Part shown: positions 59,479-64,000 of the stretch, one piece after another | Layout: each line of letters starts with the position of its first letter | Position numbering within the stretch: the first letter of the stretch is position 1 | Notes under the pieces: generated by a model | Seen by the model: the letters and a program-made list of their open reading frames with translations, nothing else | What the model was told of the DNA's origin: nothing | The model's database searches: none | NCBI GenBank assembly: GCA_021827485.1 | Contig: JAKAVM010000091.1 | Location: forward strand, 5,230-69,229 | DNA length: 64,000 nt | Direction: 5' to 3' | Source: Actinomycetes bacterium | Lineage (GTDB): Bacteria > Actinomycetota > Acidimicrobiia > Acidimicrobiales > JAKAVM01 | Made by a program: the position numbers and the translations under genes

Positions 59479-60848
59479 GGTTGTATTGGGGCAATAGTAA
59501 GTTTCCCCCCAATGCTTTCTGCCCTTTCTTTCATCCCGATCAACCCGAGATGGACCCTATCAGATTGGTCACCAAGAATTTCAGAAATGCCCACTCCATC
59601 ATCACAGATGGTTAATGTAATCGTTGGCCCTCTATAGTTGAGTTCCACCATTATCTTATTGCAATTCGAGTGATGAATAGCATTATTGATTGCTTCCTGA
59701 GCGATACGGTATAGCGAGAGTTCGACATTTCCGTCGAAATCGCGTTCATCGCCGGCTACGTCCAATGTAATCTCGAACTCTTTCATTTTCTGGAATTCTT
59801 CGACAAGGTTAAAAAGGGCTGCTTGTAAACCGAGATCGGATATAGTAGGAGGGAGTAAGTTTGCGGATATGGATCTAATGTTGTCAGCGACTTGTTCGGC
59901 AAGTAACCTGGCTTCAGGAAGTGCGCTAATTTCCAGATTCGATCTGCGAGCTATAGCGTCCGCTTGGTCTATCACTCGGCACAGGTGTACTAATCGCTGT
60001 AATGGATCGTCGTGTAGTTCCTGTGCGATCCTCCGGCGTTCATCTTCTTGTCCTTGAATAACATAGTTAGAGAATAACTTTGAAGCAGTACTCCTCCTCT
60101 CTTCTTCGGATACATCGTGAAAAATTATCTGAATAAGTGGTTCAAGCTCAGTATTCGCCCTTATGAAGGAGATCGGGGCTCGAAAAATATTGTCTTGAAA
60201 TTCAACTAATGTTGTACTTTCATGTATTTCAGAGCTAGTGAGTGCGAGAATAGGCTGTGATAAGACTTGGTCGATTGGTAAACCAATCACTTGAACTTCT
60301 TGTTTTGCAAAGCTCTGCAGGAAGGCAGAGTTTATTTCTCTTATGATGCCCCCTCGGTCGATAATTGCGATTGGTGTAGCGGTGGTAAGAAAAAGGCTAC
60401 GATACTTGGTCTCTGCAAGCCTGTGTTGTTCTAGGGCTTTCTCACTTTCTAGTCTGGCATGCTTGTAAACTTCAACATAGTGTGCGACTACGGCGCTTGT
60501 CACGACGATAATAACGATTTGTATATAGTCGGCCCATATACCTACGGAATAGCCAAATCGGATATTTCTAATTATGTCGACTTGAACTAAAATTACTCCT
60601 ACAGCCGCTACTCCAAGAGTGGCAAGCAGGCCTAGATTAAAAGCTGCATATAGGATCGGGATGGCAAAAAGTGACGTGAGGGTAAATTCAGGGACTGGAC
60701 TCTGAAGATCGGTTGGACGATTGACAAGTATCTCTAGAAAGAATGGGATTATCAAGAACAAAATACACAATTGCAGTCGCCAATCACCGAGGGAAGGCTT
60801 TTTGTAGAAGGAAATACGCTTGAAAAAGTTGGGTGACTGTAGCGCCAA
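59436..60848 (-). CDS. Sensor histidine kinase (HisKA_3 / NarL-partner type) with N-terminal TM segments and a PAS-like domain
   Basis: Has the H-box RRIAQELHDDPLQRL and HATPase blocks (IAQEAINNAIHHS, DDGVGI, GLIGMKERAESIGG). Five to six hydrophobic segments lie at the N-terminus. Confidence 0.85.
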   Translation of the reverse strand: MALQSPNFFKRISFYKKPSLGDWRLQLCILFLIIPFFLEILVNRPTDLQSPVPEFTLTSLFAIPILYAAFNLGLLATLGVAAVGVILVQVDIIRNIRFGYSVGIWADYIQIVIIVVTSAVVAHYVEVYKHARLESEKALEQHRLAETKYRSLFLTTATPIAIIDRGGIIREINSAFLQSFAKQEVQVIGLPIDQVLSQPILALTSSEIHESTTLVEFQDNIFRAPISFIRANTELEPLIQIIFHDVSEEERRSTASKLFSNYVIQGQEDERRRIAQELHDDPLQRLVHLCRVIDQADAIARRSNLEISALPEARLLAEQVADNIRSISANLLPPTISDLGLQAALFNLVEEFQKMKEFEITLDVAGDERDFDGNVELSLYRIAQEAINNAIHHSNCNKIMVELNYRGPTITLTICDDGVGISEILGDQSDRVHLGLIGMKERAESIGGKLTIAPIQPQGTVVEVAVSDID

Positions 60849-60874
60849 GGCGAACTGGACCTAGAACCTTGTCA

Positions 60875-61585
60875 TCAAATCGAAATCCAGTTGTGCTGAA
60901 GGGCGAATCGGAATAGCTCGGTACGCGATGTCACATCTGCTTTTGCCAAGACTCTACTAACATGACCTTCCACGGTGCGTCTTGAGATCCCAAGCTTCTG
61001 GGCAATTGCCTTGTTTGATAACCCCTTGGCAAGAAGGGTAACCACTTCAATTTCTCTGTCGGTCAGAGTTGGTGCAAAACTATCTTTGTGCGAGCCAGCG
61101 CTTGGTGGCGTATTGGGTTGAGAAGTTGAGCCAGGATCTGTTGAACCGGTCGGTCCTGCCTTGGCAGTATCACTGGCGAAGGTATTCAGTGCCAAGGGAT
61201 CCAAACTAGCTGTCGAGATAATTGCACCGATTACAGTTTCAGAGGGAGCAGTCTTTTCAATAAAGAGCTGAGCACCTGCGGCCATAGCTGCCCTTGCGTA
61301 GGAGGCATCTCCGAAGGCGGTTAGAACAATAACTCTGGTTTGAGCATGTTCATCGCTGATGCGTCTGGTCATCTCGATGCCACTCATCCCGGGTAGATGA
61401 ATGTCTACTAGCGCAATTTGTGGGTGAAGTTCCTCAATCACACTTAGCCCTTCTTCAGCAGACTCACATGTTGCCACAACCTTGATTCGCGAGTCCTCTT
61501 CGAGAATCCGACGAGTTCCGTCCCGAACCAGTGCGTGATCGTCAATGATCACGACCGTTATCTCGGAGTCGGTTTCAAAAATCAC
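60875..61585 (-). CDS. Response regulator, NarL/LuxR family
   Basis: The receiver domain is VVIIDDHALVRDG...VDIHLPGMSG. A Pro/Ser/Thr-rich linker of about 50 aa follows, then the LuxR HTH LTDREIEVVTLLAKGLSNKAIAQKLGISRRTVEGHV. The start is set at GTG 61585; the track extension to 61711 overlaps the divergent aminotransferase gene. Confidence 0.85.
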   Translation of the reverse strand: MIFETDSEITVVIIDDHALVRDGTRRILEEDSRIKVVATCESAEEGLSVIEELHPQIALVDIHLPGMSGIEMTRRISDEHAQTRVIVLTAFGDASYARAAMAAGAQLFIEKTAPSETVIGAIISTASLDPLALNTFASDTAKAGPTGSTDPGSTSQPNTPPSAGSHKDSFAPTLTDREIEVVTLLAKGLSNKAIAQKLGISRRTVEGHVSRVLAKADVTSRTELFRFALQHNWISI

Positions 61586-61617
61586 TATTTTATTATTATA
61601 TGTGCCATGATGGTTGA

Positions 61618-62844
61618 ATGAGTACGAATTTAAGTTCTTCGGTAATAGCGCGGAGATTGGCCCAGTTGAGCCCGTCAGCAACTTTGGCAATTGACGAGAA
61701 AGCCAAGGCACTTGCCGAGGCTGGCGAGCCTGTAATCAGCTTTGGTGCAGGTCAGCCAGACTTTCCGACGCCTTCGCACATAGTGGCCGCCGCGGTTGAA
61801 GCATGCGGCAACTCGGCTAATCACGGCTACTCGGCAAGTGGGGGGCTAGCGGTTTTGCGTGAAGCGGTGGCAATCAAGACTTTTCGAGATTCCTCACTGG
61901 AAATAGGCCCAAAGCAAGTGCTTATTACCAATGGTGCAAAACACGCTATTTACAATACTTTTGCCAGCTTACTCAACGAGGGTGATCAGGTCTTGATACC
62001 TTCTCCCTATTGGACCACCTATCCAGAAGCTGCGCGCTTGGTTGGCGGGGTACCCGTTGAGGTTCCTACGACACAAGAAAGTGGTTTCAAAGTATCTATC
62101 GATCAATTAGAGGCGTGCTATAGTCCCGCCACGAAACTTCTTGTATTTGTTTCACCTTCAAATCCAACCGGAGTTGTTTACTCTGGCGAGGAAATAAGGG
62201 AGATCGGGAGATGGGCAGGCGAGAAAGGAATATGGGTTCTCTCTGATGAAATCTATGAACACTTGATCTATGGGGATAATACTCATCACTCGATAGCGGC
62301 GGTTGCCCCTGAGCTAAACGACCGATGGGTTATTGTTAGCGGTGTTTCAAAAAGCTACGCTATGACTGGGTGGAGGCTCGGTTGGATGATCTCGACCGAA
62401 GAGGTCATTGGAGCTGCAACAAATATGCAGTCACACACTACATCAAATGTCAGTAATATATCGCAAAGAGCGGCAATTGCTGCTCTAACCGGCCACCAAC
62501 ATGCAGTTGGTGAAATGCGAGCTGCATTTGATACAAGGCGCAAACTAATGCTTGCGATACTTGGTGACATCCCCGGAATAACTTGCGTAGAGCCTTTTGG
62601 GGCTTTTTATACATTTCCTAACGTTGAGAGTTTTCTCGGCAAGCAAATGGGGGCACAGAAAGTTCGACCGAAGTCTACAATGGAGTTAGCGGATTTGTTG
62701 CTGGAAGAGTGCAAGGTCGCCGTAGTTCCAGGCGAGGCCTTTGCGGCTCCTGGCTTCTTGCGACTCTCTTATGCTCTTGCTGACGAGGATTTGTACGAAG
62801 GAATGAGTAGAATCAAGGATCTATTCCTTGGAGCTGTCGATTAG
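61618..62844 (+). CDS. Pyridoxal-phosphate-dependent aminotransferase, class I (aspartate aminotransferase-like)
   Basis: Has ISFGAGQPDFPTP, PSNPTG and the PLP lysine block SGVSKSYAMTGWRLG. 408 aa. Confidence 0.88.
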   Translation: MSTNLSSSVIARRLAQLSPSATLAIDEKAKALAEAGEPVISFGAGQPDFPTPSHIVAAAVEACGNSANHGYSASGGLAVLREAVAIKTFRDSSLEIGPKQVLITNGAKHAIYNTFASLLNEGDQVLIPSPYWTTYPEAARLVGGVPVEVPTTQESGFKVSIDQLEACYSPATKLLVFVSPSNPTGVVYSGEEIREIGRWAGEKGIWVLSDEIYEHLIYGDNTHHSIAAVAPELNDRWVIVSGVSKSYAMTGWRLGWMISTEEVIGAATNMQSHTTSNVSNISQRAAIAALTGHQHAVGEMRAAFDTRRKLMLAILGDIPGITCVEPFGAFYTFPNVESFLGKQMGAQKVRPKSTMELADLLLEECKVAVVPGEAFAAPGFLRLSYALADEDLYEGMSRIKDLFLGAVD

Positions 62845-62970
62845 CCAAAAGATCCGCCGATTGTGGTTGTGGTGTCGCTTGGAGAAGTTGCTGGCACCTC
62901 TGAGAGTGAACTGAGTGCCCGCAGGAGCTAACCTGATTGATGAGTCGCACCCACATGGTAGAATAAAGTT

Positions 62971-63660
62971 ATGAACACCCTAGAGATCATTGAGGAAATG
63001 CACGCTAATCCTGCATTGACCGAAATGATGCGCGCCGTGCTCTTGACGGAGGAGCTTCTTGGGCTGCCGGGTAAAGTTGCCGAGCTGACACAAGCCCAGG
63101 TAAAGACCGAGGCTAGGCTTGCCGAGCTAACCAAGACAGTATTGGACTTGAGCAAGACAGTCTCGGAACTAAGCAAGACAGTCTCGGAACTAGTCCAGGC
63201 CCAGCAATCGACTGAAACGACGGTACAAGCTCTTCTAAATGATGTATCACGGCTGAAGGAATCTGATTTTGAAAACAGATGGCTAAAGGATGCCCCTTCT
63301 TACTTAGGCCACTTGGGCTTTCGCAGGACTAAGGTGCTCGAAAGGTCTGAACTTGTAGATATCCTCGATGATGCATTGGACCAAGGACTGCTCAATCAAG
63401 CTGAACGCGATGATACCCTACTCGTTGATTGTGCTCATTTGAGTATGAAAGATAAAGAACGAATAATTATTCTCACGGAAGTTTCATCTAGGGCTCATAA
63501 AGATGATGCTGAGAGAGTGCTGAGACGTGCGAATTCCTTAGGTAAGGCGCAGCCCGGGAAAGTCGTTGCCTGCGTGGCTGGCGCAGAAATCGATTCAGAA
63601 ACAACCGCCTTCTGTAGCGAACACGATATATTTTATATCCAGCCTAGTACGTGGAGATAA
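62971..63660 (+). CDS. Hypothetical protein: N-terminal coiled coil plus a C-terminal possible PD-(D/E)xK-like fold
   Basis: Has the heptad-like repeats LTKTVLDLSKTVSELSKTVSEL. The C-terminal part LLVDCAHL...IIILTEVSSRAH resembles a D...E.K nuclease core with Ser in place of Lys. Weak, by eye only. Confidence 0.4.
   Translation: MNTLEIIEEMHANPALTEMMRAVLLTEELLGLPGKVAELTQAQVKTEARLAELTKTVLDLSKTVSELSKTVSELVQAQQSTETTVQALLNDVSRLKESDFENRWLKDAPSYLGHLGFRRTKVLERSELVDILDDALDQGLLNQAERDDTLLVDCAHLSMKDKERIIILTEVSSRAHKDDAERVLRRANSLGKAQPGKVVACVAGAEIDSETTAFCSEHDIFYIQPSTWR
63130..63192 (+). repeat. 21-nt x3 in-frame tandem repeat (two perfect units) in the coiled-coil gene
   Basis: AGCAAGACAGTCTCGGAACTA occurs at 63151 and 63172. 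A degenerate unit ACCAAGACAGTATTGGACTTG lies at 63130. Confidence 0.95.
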
Positions 63661-63708
63661 TTAGGTTGGTTATTGATAAGTCGTATAGAGATTGAAAGGA
63701 ATATTGTA

Positions 63709-64000
63709 ATGCGAGATGAAGTAACGGTGTACATGAATGCAGTCCCGGATAAGGTTTGGGAGCTACTGAGCGATGTAACTAGGATTGGAAGTTATAGTCC
63801 GGAAACTTTTGAAGCCGAATGGCTTGACGGAGCTAGTGGACCGGCGGTCGGGGCTAATTTTAGAGGACACGTGAAAAGAAATGGGCGAGGTCCAACCTAC
63901 TGGACCAAGTGTAAGGTCTTGGTGTCTGAGCCAGGTAAAGAATTCACATTTGGTGTGATGAATGCAGGCAAAGCACTCAACACGTGGAGCTACAAGATCA
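63709..64000 (+). CDS. SRPBCC-superfamily (polyketide cyclase/dehydrase-like) protein; 3'-truncated by the window edge
   Basis: My own translation gives MRDEVTVYMNAVPDKVWELLSDVTRIGSYSPETFEAEWLDGASGPAVGANFRGHVKRNG..., with the SD GAAAGGA upstream. It is absent from the track because no stop is reached. Confidence 0.6.
   Translation, partial: MRDEVTVYMNAVPDKVWELLSDVTRIGSYSPETFEAEWLDGASGPAVGANFRGHVKRNGRGPTYWTKCKVLVSEPGKEFTFGVMNAGKALNTWSYKI

Noticed and set aside
61586-61711. N-terminal extension of the response regulator ORF
   Set aside because: It would overlap the divergent aminotransferase gene by 94 nt and add 42 residues before the receiver domain. GTG 61585 gives a standard receiver N-terminus.

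Overview
This is a chromosomal window with moderate GC content. Gene content and order point to Actinomycetota: cysteine desulfurase, mnmA, bcp, ligA, then gatCAB, ilvD, ilvBNC and serC. GTG/TTG starts are common, and many adjacent genes overlap at ATGA or GTGA. About 55 protein genes can be supported. Core metabolism and translation: glpX, an isobutyryl-CoA-mutase-like large subunit, murA, meaB, a crotonase, treS, galT, a cysteine desulfurase, mnmA, bcp, ligA, a PASTA Ser/Thr kinase, gatCAB, ilvD, ilvBNC, serC and an aspartate aminotransferase. Transport: a PiT phosphate transporter with its DUF47 partner, a giant CtpH/CtpI-like P-type ATPase and an MFS transporter. Accessory content: (1) a TnpB-only IS200/IS605-type element at the left edge that appears to have split an XRE/HigA-like gene. 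(2) An XRE-HTH plus small nucleotidyltransferase two-gene module with a perfect 18-bp palindrome upstream. (3) A translationally coupled PilV/PilW/PilX-like minor-pilin operon plus a major-pilin-like gene, with no assembly genes in the window. (4) A lipoprotein island with two paralogous lipoproteins flanking a YVTN beta-propeller, next to a NarL-type two-component system. I found no rRNA, tRNA or CRISPR array. The most unusual sequence-level property is a high density of short tandem duplications. Examples are a 14-nt x7 array abutting the pit start codon, a 9-nt x6 array upstream of the P-type ATPase, a (GA)10 tract, a 65-bp x2 duplication across the treS/galT convergent junction, partial duplications of gene 3' ends, and several perfect in-frame repeats in linkers. 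An Ile/Val/Leu-rich leader peptide with a terminator hairpin (attenuator) precedes ilvB. All functional calls come from motif recognition by eye, with no database search.
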